In this document: piece by piece, positions 12,353-24,610 of the stretch
How positions within the stretch are numbered: the first letter of the stretch is position 1
Layout: each line of letters opens with the position of its first letter
NCBI RefSeq assembly: GCF_964355755.1
Contig: NC_092677.1
Coordinates: 8,578,101 to 8,642,100 of the forward strand
DNA from: Antedon mediterranea
Taxonomy: Eukaryota > Animalia > Echinodermata
DNA length: 64,000 bases
Reading direction: 5' to 3'
Notes under the pieces: model-generated
Told to the model about the DNA's origin: nothing
What the model saw: only the letters and a program-made list of their open reading frames with translations
The model's database searches: none
Position numbers and translations under genes: made by a program

Positions 12353-12769
12353 TCCATGGAAAAATTCAAACATTATAGTCTTACTAAGACTATTCCTTTG
12401 CGCTGTATTAAGACGGCCAAGAGCGTACGCCGCTGATAGTAACGTGATGAAACTTGTAGCTGCAAGTTCCACACCAGGTTCTGGTGTTACATCATAAAAC
12501 AAGCTTGTAGAATCTAATGGCGCTGCTGCTATGATCACAGATTCCTGTTTGTGCGGATTTGTCTTATTTGTACCCGTCAGTGTGCCATATACGTTGCTGT
12601 CGGAGAGTGGATCGCAATACCGAACTTCTTCAATGTTTGTCGGTTGGTGTGTTCGTCGCATACACGTTTCCGTATCCACTGCTCCGTGCATAAAGTCCAT
12701 TAGTTCAACTGCGCATAAAGGATACTCGCGTGCCTTACCTTTGTCTGGTATATTCTTATCAAAGTAACA
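12353..12769 (-). CDS. NCSTN: Nicastrin exon 6
   Basis: CYFDKN...YPLCAVELMDFMHGAVDTETCMRRT...YCDPLSDSNVYG...AAAPLDSTSLF...FEFFHG. Confidence 0.95.
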
Positions 12770-13405
12770 CTAAACAGATAAAATATATTAAAAGGGAAAT
12801 ATTAGGTTTTAAAAAACTGCTTTTACATTACTGCTTTTTAAGACCAACGCACAATTTTAACTGGCAAGAGATGATTTAAAATCATGAACTGATTGAGAAT
12901 AAATAGTGATGTGGCACAGACTAGCTGATCATGGAGGTATAGTATTACAAAAAAACACATTAAATCTGATTTTAGTTGAGTCTTTTAAATAGACTGCGTG
13001 TGCAGCAAGACCATACATAGCATGTGCGATAATGTTTTTAATCTCATGCCCTTTTTAAAAATATTGTCAAATGAAAACAACAGTATTGAATGAATTAAGA
13101 TATGAACCCAATTTACTAATTACAAATAATAATAATATCCTGCATTCCTCTAAGCGCTGTACATAAACTAATACGAAAAAAGGGATTCCAACCATGCCAA
13201 AATAAAAAATAACCCAAACCGAAGTGTTATAATATATTATATGACTATATATACGAGTACAATTTTGGCCAAATTCAAACATAATACTCTAATATGCAAT
13301 TGCAATTCTATAAATTGATATGTAATCTGAGTTAATCCCACATCTTCTTTAAGGTTTTCCAAATGTTACATAATATGTCTTTTTATTTAAGATTACACTA
13401 CTTAC

Positions 13406-13521
13406 TTTAAGAATGCTCTCGACTTCCTTCTCATCTAACAGGGAAAATATTGGTATGTTGAAATCATGAGCAACTAAATTTGTTCCAGCTACATTCCACT
13501 TCATATCACAAGCGCCATAGC
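13406..13521 (-). CDS. NCSTN: Nicastrin exon 5
   Basis: (G)YGACDMKWNVAGTNLVAHDFNIPIFSLLDEKEVESILK; WN-x-x-G...DF-x-x-PIF motif. Confidence 0.92.
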
Positions 13522-13675
13522 CTACAAATGAATAACAACCAATGATGTCACCCAATCAGTGTGATGACTTTAAAGCTCTGTGTACACTATCAAAATATGT
13601 GATTGTGCACATATCATGATGTCATATCACTACCATATTTGGACGCATCACACTTTTTTTTCCCACTCCACTTAC

Positions 13676-13809
13676 CATATCCTTTGTTAGGACATGCCTG
13701 GTCTGGAGAGAATGAGAATGTCTCATTCATAACCTGATTCTCTACATGTGTGTGTATCACCATCATTCCATTTATTTTACTTGAATTCATTAGAGCATTA
13801 ATTACTTCT
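13676..13809 (-). CDS. NCSTN: Nicastrin exon 4
   Basis: EVINALMNSSKINGMMV...FSPDQACPNKGY; FSPxxxCPN motif. Confidence 0.92.
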
Positions 13810-14171
13810 CTGCAAAGAAATTAAATAAGTAAAAATGTTATTAGTAGGTAATGTGTAATGAATACATGAAATTCATTAAAAAGAATTTTAAATAACTTTT
13901 TTATTATTTGTAATTTAAATATTTACCATTTTGATCTGTATTGAAATAAACAGTGTAATTACAGACGTTACAGTCAGAACAATTTTACAGTGGCTAGATT
14001 TTAATTTGTCCACAGTTGGTTCGAAGAAGTTGCTGATTTGATTGTACAACCGTTGAACAATTACAATAGGGAGTTTTAAATTGCACAAGAGTATGAAAAA
14101 AAAACAACTGATAATCTGCACATGCTCACAAACCAATTAGCATTGTGATAGCAAACCTAAAGTAAACTTAC

Positions 14172-14295
14172 AATGTAAACATGTGTGGTGTTAATATTGG
14201 CATGTATGGTTCATGAGGTCCAGTATGTAGTAGCCAGTCGAGGTCTTCATATTCTTGGATGTAATGCACGACACCTGTGTTACCATTCATATCAC
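14172..14295 (-). CDS. NCSTN: Nicastrin exon 3
   Basis: (S)DMNGNTGVVHYIQEYEDLDWLLHTGPHEPYMPILTPHMFT. Confidence 0.92.
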
Positions 14296-14645
14296 CTGAC
14301 AAATTAAGTACAAAAATTAGGTTTAAAATTTTACACATCATTCAATCACTGAAAACTGAATACAATTGGGTTGGTCTACATTGTTGAGAATCTAAAAATT
14401 CTCTTTTTTGCTGTTAACGTGCATCAGTACCATATGAGACAATTTAATTGCATTCAAATCTATCTATTAACTCTCCTTGTTCACTCTTGAGTTTTTATTT
14501 ATATTATTTTGAATTTAATTCTATAATTTGTACTTTTTAAAAAATTGTAAAAAACATAAAAAGTTTTTTTGTATGATAAATATTTGCATACGCCTAGACA
14601 ACAAGATTTGTTTGTTTTATAGGGCCAAATAAAAACAACACATAC

Positions 14646-14738
14646 TTGAACATCCTGTTTGGCCATTTCGGTTAAACCTTCTTACACATGGTGAAAAGCT
14701 ATCAATATCTTTGTATATCAAATCTAGAGTCTTCCGAT
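14646..14738 (-). CDS. NCSTN: Nicastrin exon 2
   Basis: (D)RKTLDLIYKDIDSFSPCVRRFNRNGQTGCS; PCVRxxNxxxQxGC motif. Confidence 0.92.
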
Positions 14739-14889
14739 CTGTGAAATAAAGAGGAAAATAAACACATTTCTTTTGTTTATTATAATTTGTATTTATAACA
14801 GTGTATGTTTATCATTATCAAATTAAATTTGTTGTAACATAAATAATAAATCTGTAAAAAACCGCCACCATGCCACCAAGATCATATGC

Positions 14890-14960
14890 GACTCATTGGT
14901 TAATAATAATACTCTCGGCCTGCAATCGAGAGGTTGCAGGTTCAAATCCGTCGTTATACC
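14890..14960 (+). mobile_element. tRNA-derived SINE head remnant
   Basis: B-box-like GGTTCAAATCC preceded by GAGAGGTTGCA; no complete cloverleaf. Confidence 0.35.
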
Positions 14961-15483
14961 ATATAAATTAAATGAATGAGTAGGCCTAGACTACAGGTAG
15001 GCAGTCTCCCATGAGACCTATTATTTTTAATAGGCCTACTACTAGCCTAAAATAGTACTAGCTAGGCCTGTATGTACTGTAGTCTAGATAGACTAGGCCT
15101 AGCCTAGCTAGGCTAGATAGGCCTAGGGCCTAGGTCTAATTAATAATAATAATTTACATTTATTATGTGTGGGCCTAGGAGGCCTAGATCAAAATAATTG
15201 GAATTATTTAATACTGGCGTTATCGATAACAAACTTTTATTATCAAAAAAGCAACCATGGTATTTTATTTTATAATTGCGCTAGGCTAAGCCGAGTAGTA
15301 AAAGGCCAGCTGGGAAACCATTTCAAACGGAAGGATTATCCGCGTCAGCCGTCGTCTGTTTCAGGAAGGCCAGCCTAACTTTTTCGGGGTTAATTTTAAG
15401 AGTAGAATACAGCATCGGAGTGCTTAAAATAAAACAGTATTGTTAATTAAGCATTACGACATTCATTATAAACCATAACTTAC

Positions 15484-15547
15484 CAGAAAACACACAATTT
15501 AACAACAATAAACAACAAAGAGCACTGAGATACTTCCGCACTGCCAT
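15484..15547 (-). CDS. NCSTN: Nicastrin exon 1 (signal peptide)
   Basis: AAAATGGC start context; MAVRKYLSALCCLLLLNCVFS then G|GTAAGT. The 14 exons sum to 2067 nt (688 aa plus stop) with consistent phases. Confidence 0.88.
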
Positions 15548-16800
15548 TTTAACGATGACTAACTTTGTATTTTTAATACTTACGAGTGAGCCCTCTATAG
15601 TTATGACGGACTCAAACTTTGTTGGAAGGACCAAGCTTGCCAAGCTTAGAATTACAGTAGGCCTAATGAATACATTGTATCAAGAAGGTACATTGAAAAA
15701 TAGTATAAATTAAATTAGAACATTTTAATTTGTTACCACTACTGTACGGTTAACCATGTACCACCGCTATTGAAAAATGCAAATATTGGCGTACAAAAGG
15801 TGGGATAAATTAGGCCTAGTGAGAGCTTAAAATAATTAATGTTGTATATTATATTTTTAAGCAAGTTCAAAGGTTATTAAAAAAAAAACTATAAAAAAAA
15901 ACAGCGGGAAAGAGAACCTAACATACGGGTTCTGTCCTACCATCTCAGACTCGACTACTTAGACAGCACGAGAGGCGAAATAAGATGCAGGTAAGTTTAG
16001 ATGTTTTGTTTCGAAAATATACGCAAATCGAACGTAAATATTGCATCAGCTGTACTGAAGAACAACCTGTATTATCCAAGAATAATAGCTAATAATTTAT
16101 TTCACTGAAATACTAAAGTACGATTCGAAATAAAGTTTTAGTTTGATGTGATTCCCGAAGAAGCCATGTCGTTGGCACCATCCGGCGCGCGGCTACGGTT
16201 CGAGAACAACTCAACACACTGAACTTGAGTGTTCAGAACAAATTACAAAGAAAATTAATTAAAATAATTACACAGTTATTCAGTATTCGCTGATATATTA
16301 TCCCGATAATCAATTGATTTACGCATTGTTTGCATTCTTTTATAATCCAATTCCAAATTCAGATCGTTCTAATTTTTTGAGTTAAAAATATGGTTTCAGA
16401 TATTTTTTAAAGAAAAGTAAATCAGACGCCGCCATGACTCGCCATGTTTCCAGATTTTGTTTTCGTTGATGTTTATTTTACGTAGGCCTATTTGTGTTTT
16501 GTATAGCCATACGGTTGTTGAAACTTAGAATAAAATAATTATTAAATATCAATTAAATGTATTTTATAATCTATCAATTTGTATTGATAGAGTTATTCAG
16601 CTAAATATGAATTATTTTGTTATGTTGAAAGCCACTCAAACCATGGACCTATAGGTCATGCACCAACTAAAGCAGCAGGAGGCGAGCGTACGTGTCTACG
16701 TCACACGGTCACGTCACACGGTTGTTGTTGACGGTGGGTAGTTTGCGATAGTGTGACTGCTCAGTACTACTACTGTAGAGTACTTAAACGAAGGGAATTA
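15548..16800. promoter_or_regulatory. Nicastrin promoter / CpG-richer region, possibly bidirectional
   Basis: Raised CpG content; YY1-like GCCAT motifs (15543, ~16431, ~16441); duplicated ACGTCACACGG (CRE half-site) at ~16698-16721; + strand donor CAG|GTAAGT at 15990. Confidence 0.45.
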
Positions 16801-16949
16801 TTTCTTTTGTTCATCTTCATTATCTGTAATAAAGATATAACTTTTTATTTTTTTTTTTTTTTTTTGTGAGATTCACTCACCTTTATTTCATAATTTTGTT
16901 ATACTTATTTTGAATAAATACATTTCTGTGTAATCAATCAATTATTGTT

Positions 16950-18416
16950 TATTAGGTTATATGCATGCATTCATGCATATAACCTCTTGATTCTGTCAGA
17001 ATCTTTATTTATTTCTTTATTTATTTATTTATTTATTCTTTCCTTAGCACTATTTGTCCGTCAATTATCTTGATACCAGTTTCATCTAACTAAGTCAATT
17101 TTTCAGAGTATATTCCTTATGGCCAGGAATCGATGTGGTTATGTTTTCACGATGCGCAATCAAAAATTACGCGGTCTACGCGCGATTTAACGAAATCACG
17201 TTTGTAATCATATCTTCACAAGCATGAATCACAATTAAACAAAATTTGGTACTCATAAATTTCAGGTCATATTTCATCATATGGCAATACAATTACGTGC
17301 GTAGCGCATATAACGCATGCGTACGCGCGCTTAAAATGTTGAAAATTGTCAGAATTTATTTTCGATGAAATTAGAGTACGTTTCAGGCAATTTTAAGCGT
17401 TTAAAAAATTGCCATGAGTGCGCAGATTATTGCACGCGCACTGCGCGTCAAACGTTAATGCGCACTGTTTTTGTCCGATTACTGTTGTATAACCTTTCTT
17501 TAATAATATCATCATATTTTATTCACTTTTCAACGCGAAACAGCGTTATACGAGCACGTCAAAAGTGACAGGCTACGCACGTATAAGTTAACAAAATGGT
17601 GAAAATATGCTAAATTTTAAAATTAATATATATCGTTACAATGCTCGGGAACACCTATTTTTTATTTAATTTTCTTGAAGTGTATGTATCATATGTATGA
17701 TTTATTATGAAATTAGAAGAACAAAAGTTGATTAAGTCATCATTAATGGCATATTAAATTTAACAAAATTAATTTCGACAATCAAACAAATTATAACATT
17801 TTCTTAGGCCAAAATAACAAACTTAACATTAACTTTCTTCCTTAAGAAGTTCATATATTAAAGTTAAAAGTATATAGTTTGACAGTGCATCATTTTTTTA
17901 AATTTTTAAAGATGTCATCATAGTAAAACATTATAATTCATTGCGGTATGTAATAATCTATCTGCACCAAAGTGGTTACTGCATAGTAAATACACGGAGG
18001 AATTTTTCCATAACTTTTAGTCAGTTGTGTATGGCTCGGTGTTCTTTGCTCGTGTCTATAGCAGTCAAGTACCGAGTTCGAGTCTCACCTTGGGAAACCA
18101 AACGAAATAACATTTTTTTTATTATCCGTATTGGTTGTTCAATTATATTTCTTAGTGTATAGATTATACACATGATTTATAATGAAATCTAAATAAAAAC
18201 ACAAATGTGGTTTATGACATTATATACGCAGAAAGATCTTTGATCGGATTATGATACCGGCTATTGTATTTGCGTTAGCAAGATCCTGTCATATATTATA
18301 AATAACTAATGATTCTGAGAAAATCAATCAATCAATATATCTTAAATCAATCAATTATCTTTATTTGAATCAATGCATATAACCTATAATTCGTCATAGT
18401 GACGAATTAAATCTAG
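16950..18416 (+). mobile_element. Non-autonomous Helentron/Helitron (HINE/DINE-1-like), ~1.47 kb
   Basis: 5' foldback AGGTTATATGCATG..ATGCATATAACCT, then a (TTTA)n microsatellite. The 3' subterminal inverted repeat ATGCATATAACCTA (18373-18386) is followed by hairpin AATTCGTCA-TAG-TGACGAATT and CTAG|T. No TSD. Confidence 0.8.
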
Positions 18417-18569
18417 TCTTATTTTGTTTTTGCATTTACAGTATATAATGAATACAGGTGCCAAACACTAATTTTGAACAGCCTGAGTGATATTCTGAAA
18501 ATTAATTTTATAATATATAATATACATACATTTCTTTTTATAAATCCAAAGGCAAATTACTGAAAAAAA

Positions 18570-18710
18570 TGACAATGCTGTGGGTATCAGTGGCTGGATC
18601 TCAATGGAGATACAAAAATAAAAAGCGAAAAGCTAAATCAAAACGATAAAGTAAACAGCCAGAAAAGTTAGCAGAGCTTTCGGGCAACACTAGCCCTTCA
18701 TCAGTGCATT
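18570..18710 (-). mobile_element. Penelope-like element terminal-repeat fragment
   Basis: Minimal hammerhead followed by a U-rich tail, as in PLE pseudo-LTRs; boundaries approximate. Confidence 0.55.
18671..18707 (-). ncRNA. Minimal type I hammerhead ribozyme
   Basis: Minus strand GCA-CUGAUGA-A-GGGC-UAGUGUU-GCCC-GAAA-GC-UC-UGC: intact core, 4-bp stem II, palindromic AGCU in place of stem III, stem I GCA/UGC. Confidence 0.8.
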
Positions 18711-21277
18711 TCAGTGCATTTCTTTTTATATTTATTTTAAATGTTAAGTTTCCCATATCAATAAATATAAATTATACAATTCATTATTAAAATATTTTTT
18801 TTTTTAAAGTTTTAAATGAAAACACAACAACTCAGCTACACATTAGTTGTAATTGTCTTTAGTAACTAAATTTTTTTAAATGTATGTTTGCATTATTTAC
18901 GTTTATGCACAGAATTGAGTGGATTATTCACATCTTCACAATAATGAAAAATAAAATCAATAAATAACATAAAATAAATCAGTATTAATAAAATACATTC
19001 ATAGTATGCTCCTGTACAAGGATACTCTTAAATATGACCCATGGGTTTTTACAGATTGGTTTATTTTGTGCTGACAATATTTTTATTATGTATTTAGAGT
19101 AAAGAGCAATTGAATATAATTTGTTCTTTATGCTCTATTCACAACCAAAAACTAATTCCTTAAAAGAACAGGTACAATTTTATAATGTTTTAAAAATATC
19201 TCCAATCTTTTCCCATAGTAAAACATTACACTTACATTTGAAAAACATATGGTTTCATCTTCTGGTATTTCACATAATTCACATTTTTTTGTATTTTAAA
19301 TTTCCATTTATTTTTGTATATTTGTAGGTATAATTCTAAGCAGTAAGTTTTGCATATTTTTTACTTTTTTTTTACCAAATGTCAAACCAACATTATACTA
19401 ATTTCATTTTTTCAACTTGGGAACGGTAATGAGGGAAACAAATATGCTATCAATTAGACTTGAATATATCTGTTATATTTTTAATTTTAAAATCCTGCTT
19501 AGATATTCATCTGGATTTAATTTGACACTGTTTCTTTAACATTTGTTATCAAATCCAGCCAACATTTAGGAATAGCTTGTATAAATGTAGCATATTCACT
19601 AATCCAGTTTCTTTTGGCTTCTAATTGTAACAGAATTTCACCTGGGTACATATGTCTAAACTACTGAATCTCCACATTTTATAAAACAAAGCTTTGTTTT
19701 TACATACAATTTCCTAATTTCCACATAGGTTTTCATTGTTAACATAAGTATATAGGCCTATCCTATAGTTGAATTGTGATATATACAGGTTTAATTATAT
19801 AGCTAATTTACATTTAAATATAAAACTGGCCGAGGCATAGATAGGAACCTAGGCCAAAAAAAGCCATTTTACTTTTAATATTAAAAAAACTGTGTTGGTC
19901 CTAGGCCTTCCTCTTATTAGGGTAGTTAAAATAAACGAACAGCAAATAATTAATTAAATAAAAGAATGTGCTATTATATATCAAATGATTAAAGGGGGAT
20001 TCTGGGTTTAAAATTGCTTTTAAATATCGTTTATTTATTAAATAAAAAATATTATAACAATATAGACATGTCAGAATGAAGAAGTAATAACGAGAAATTA
20101 AAAAAATTAAATTTCATATACATTTTAGGGTAAATTCATGGAAAGTCTGTTTTTCAGCAGCTTAGGGAAGCTCATTAATATTCATGAGATATTCACAAAA
20201 TCACGTCACCAGTGGATTCCAAACTCGCGACGTCATGTACGTTGTCTTTGTCAACTAATTTACATCTCTCTCCCCTGTCAAACGACGACCACCCGATCAT
20301 TGTGAAATACATTTTTTGTAGATTTTCTAAGCTAGGCCTAAAGTGTAATAATAACAGTAGTAGCATATATTTATTTGACATTTAATGAAATACAAAATTT
20401 AGTACAGATTACGGAGTCATAAATTATACTATTTTTATACCTCTATAGTACAGATCGTATTATCGGCTTCACGTACAATACTACTCGAGGCTTAGCCTAA
20501 TGGGCGAGAGCCATTCTGACTAGGGATTCCATGCCACGATGGCTACGTTAAAACAGTGGGGCCCATCCCTAGCTAGCCTACTACTAGACGATTGGCCCAT
20601 AAATAACAAAACCCATCCTATCAACCAAACTCATAAACAATCTAAACCTAAAACGTTCTACAAAATCGGCTGTAAATATTAAAGCAAAACAAGGTCCGAT
20701 CGCCGTCCACACGTATGGTGTCCCGATCGTCTAAAATAAAATAGGCTTAGTTTACTCTCCAAAAAAGCGGATACTCATGCATCAAGCAAGTAGACCAGGT
20801 AGTAGGAAGGAGACCTAGCCGATCCGGGGTGTGTAGAAAGCGACGACCTCGAATTGGACGACCCCAACGACCCGGTCGACCTCGAATTGAACGACCTCGA
20901 ATTGAACGACCCATAACACGAAACCGACGACCCCTATAGCCTAGCCTAGCCTAGGCCTAAGTGTGGTATAACATCCCGAAGCCGAACATAGCCAAAGATC
21001 TTTAAACTATACCTTATTATATAATACTCGCAAGCAAGCAATTGATTGAAAAAATACAGAAATATCGCCATTTGATACTGATTGTGTCGACACGAACAAA
21101 CGAAAAGATATGGAACGCCAAGAGTGCATCATTAAAACTGCATTCGACATATTAAAAATAAATTAAAAAGAAATAAATATTATACAATACATGGTTAAAC
21201 CATGGACGTATAATTACATCTCGTCTTCTTATAACGAACACTATAGGCCTACCAAGCAGCGTAACATGTGCATGGGG

Positions 21278-22070
21278 GGATATGACCGGTTGGGCCGCCG
21301 ACAAATTGAGCCGCCGGTAATTTCTATGAAACGGCCAGTGCGTCTTTTACGACATTTCGCGTAGTGATAGAGTGGTGTCCTAGTAGGCCCTACATAAGTT
21401 CATGGTCTTTAGGTTTATTGTGTCATGAAAATAAATAATAATTACATACTACAATTTTGTTGGTTTGAAACAGCAAAGGAAAGTAGTCATATTTAATAAT
21501 TTAATTGTTTTTAATCTTTCAAGGTAAAAATGCAGTGCACTCCATAATATTTTTCTCGCGTGTATGCCTACCACGTAAAATCACGTTGTCTCTCAGGACT
21601 AATAGAGTATTGATATTCTTCGAATGAGGTTAAATAATTATTATTTTTTATTTACTATCTTTTAATATCATATTTTATTGAATTTTACAATGTTAATACA
21701 CAAAATATTTTACTAAAAAACGGTGATTTTATGCAATTATTTTACTTCAACTGCCGCCTGAGGGGGCAACATGTTTACGTCATTTTTGGCTAAAAACGAT
21801 CATTTTCGGTCATGTTTTAGGCCTTATATTTTGGAATCTACAAGTCAGATATTCATAATTATTTCTCTTTAATTATAATATTTAATAATATATACTAAAA
21901 ACCGTGATATATAAACTTTGGAATATACATCGTTATATCTAATAATTAATATAAATAGAACTTCTATTAAATAGAAACGAGCACCGGCGAAAGTAAGCAT
22001 TTGGCATTTCATAGAAAATAACGTTTTTGGCGGCGCCTCAACTTGTCGGCGGCTCAACTTGGCCTAATCC
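21278..22070. mobile_element. Inner MULE-like MITE
   Basis: GGATATGACCGGTTGGGCCGCCGACAAATTGAG ... CTCAACTTGTCGGCGGCTCAACTTGGCCTAATCC; 9-bp TSD TGCATGGGG at 21269-21277 and 22071-22079. Confidence 0.85.
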
Positions 22071-22130
22071 TGCATGGGGAGGGCCATAAGAAAGCTTTAC
22101 ATTTCACACATGCATTGTATACGGTCAAAC

Positions 22131-22191
22131 CATGGAGGTATAAAAATATTTTTACCAAACCATGGAGCTGGTCAAACCATATACCTCCATG
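22131..22191. mobile_element. 61-bp P-element-like remnant / excision footprint
   Basis: Perfect 12-bp TIR CATGGAGGTATA / TATACCTCCATG with 7-bp TSD GTCAAAC. Confidence 0.65.
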
Positions 22192-23984
22192 GTCAAACCT
22201 TACCTGCCGCTGAAAAAGGGGCCTGGTTTGCCATGTTTATGATATTTTGTGTGCTAATCGAGTCGAATGCAGTTTTAATGATGCACTCTTGGCGTTCCAT
22301 ATCTGTTCGTTTGTTCGTGTCGACACATTCAGTATCAAATGGCGATATTTCTGTATTTTTTCAATCAATTGCTTGCTTGCGAGTATTATATAAGGTATGG
22401 TTTAAAGATCTTTGGTTATTCGGCTTCGGGATGTTATACCATACTTAGGCCTAGGCTAGGCTAGGCTAGGCTATTATAGGGGTCGTCGGTTTCGTGTTAT
22501 GGGTCGTCCAATTCTAGGTCGTCCAATTCGAGGTCGCCCGGGTCGTTGGGGTCGTCCAATTCGAGGTCGTCGCTTTCTACACACCCAGCCGATCCGGCAC
22601 AGTTAAAAATTGAGCTAGCTAGTGTAGTAGACCCTATGCGAATTGATACTACCAGGCCTTTTACTATAGGCTGCACTACACAAATATTCCAACTCTCTCA
22701 TTCGAGCTATATTATCTATACCATTCCGGTAGGTCGAGTCCACCTTCAATCAAATACTGTATATCGTTCATGTTGTGATTATAGAAGGGGTATACTCGAC
22801 CCGACCAGTTTGGTATTGTTGTATCTGCTTATCACGTGACGATGCCAGGCATGGGCAGCAGAGAGAGCACGTGTATCGTCGTCTCGCTCGATCCGATCCT
22901 CAGCAGGAATGTACAGTATACGTTACGCTTCATTGATTTTGATTTTTCCCTAAGTCGGTGCGAAAATCGGCAAACGTAAAGTGCAAACATATCTAATTTT
23001 TCACTATTTTGATGAATTTTCATAAAAAATTGACTTTATAAATGGGAAGACCGACTAAAATTACATCAGATAAGTATAATTTTACAAAAGTAATTGATAT
23101 GGTTAATGATAACGAGTCGTCGGAAGACGGACCATTTCACGAATTTCCTATTTTGTAACCACAGTGTGATTTTGCCGTAGCTGCACTTGTAATCTGGCCT
23201 GATTTCACAGCCTTCGTTCTACTTCACTGGACGCTTATATAAATTGAAACTTTTACCGTTCAAGAGACAAACAAATATATTTTACATTTTTTACTATTCA
23301 TTTTAAACCCGGAACCCCCCTTTAAATATCTTTAACCCATTTCAACTGGTTTTAATTATACAGTTACATTAGGTGTATACTGTAAAACCGTTTTTCCTAA
23401 CTGCAAAAGAAACTTCAGTTAGTTTATAACTGTTAGATTGTGTAAAAAAATAAATATCACATATGTAAATTGTTTCATTGAGATTGCTATTTGTTGTATG
23501 CAAATATACCACTTGTCTGGACAATCAATACTGCAATGAATAAAACTTGTAACAAAGTTTTTAAATATGAAATATGTTAAATAATTGGCCTATCATTAAT
23601 TACAGTACAAACAAGTAATTACAACCTTGTTGCAACATGTTGGGGGCCCTGTAGATCAATCGATAGAGCATCCAGATGTGGGGGTAGGGAGGATGGGCGG
23701 GGCCATGTATTTATTCACTTTTGAATAAAACCTTTACATATGATGGGGATGGTTCCATACCAAATTCCTAAAAATTCTTAATTCAAACTCATTTGATTGA
23801 GAGAAATTAATAATATTTCTTTTTTGATTAGATTATTTATGGGTATTTCTTTGAAGCTAATAGTTATTCACTTTGACCAAAAATTGGATAAAAAAAAATT
23901 ATTTACCTGAAAAAAAATGTAATTTAGTCACGTTTAGTCAAATTGGCTGCCACTACCAGCCAATGGGTCTTTGGATGAATTTAA

Positions 23985-24610
23985 AGACCCCTTCCCTGCA
24001 ATTTTGGACGTTTTTTGGAAAATAATACATATATATCACTTTAAAAACATTAAACCATGTCATTCCTTGTCTTAAATGTACGTTTTATGGTAAATTATGA
24101 TAAAAAGTGAAAGACAATGCACTACCTAAGTAGCTCGCGGCGATCGACCTCTCGTGGACGGTCTTAGGCCTAGCCTAGCTAGGCTTAGTTTTGTAGGCCT
24201 AGCTGGTAAACATCGGTAACGTACGAACATCGTACGCTAGCTATATACATAGCCTGACGTTGTATAGTTGCTGCATTAATTGTCTTTCTATTTTTGCCAG
24301 ACTCCGTTGATACAAATTGGTGAAAACCCGGTATTTTCGCTGAAAAGTTAGGAGTCTTCCATTTGTTTTGGCCTCACGATCGATCGAAAAGTGGGCGAAT
24401 TACAGGTGAAAAACAAAAATATCAATCCGCGCGCAATGCATTTTGGGATTTATAGCGGGCCGCTATAATTATTAGAATCGACTTATTTTTCACATTTTTA
24501 ACCGTTTAAAGACGAAAAAAGTTATCGCAATAAGACCATATAGTATTATTTTTACATAAAATATAGTTTGTGATCTTAAATTAGATCTAAAAAACGTAGG
24601 GAATGGGGCT
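23985..24610. mobile_element. Kolobok-like MITE
   Basis: TTAA|AGACCCCTTCCCTGC ... GTAGGGAATGGGGCT|TTAA; apparently inserted in an older element whose right end is at ~24756. Confidence 0.7.

Larger units (their letters stand above)
20827..22586. mobile_element. MULE/foldback-like element with ~320-bp TIRs
   Basis: Arms 20827-21148 and 22262-22586 are reverse complements with CGACCTCGAATTG subrepeats; 10-bp TSD AGCCGATCCG at 20817-20826 and 22587-22596. Confidence 0.9.
19993..23321. mobile_element. Kolobok-like non-autonomous DNA transposon (outer element of nest)
   Basis: TTAA|AGGGGGATTCTGGGTTTAAAA ... TTTTAAACCCGGAACCCCCCT|TTAA; 21-bp TIR with 2 mismatches, TTAA TSD. Confidence 0.8.

Noticed and set aside
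15900-16000. COPA as head-to-head partner of nicastrin, as in human
   Set aside because: No MLTKFETK-like start or WD40 exons seen on the + strand.
22074-23023. ORFs of 124, 97 and 63 aa as a transposase
   Set aside because: They run through TIRs and TSD junctions and show no DDE or DNA-binding motifs.
23642-23680. tRNA gene
   Set aside because: Only a degenerate A-box-like 5' half; no T-loop or acceptor stem.
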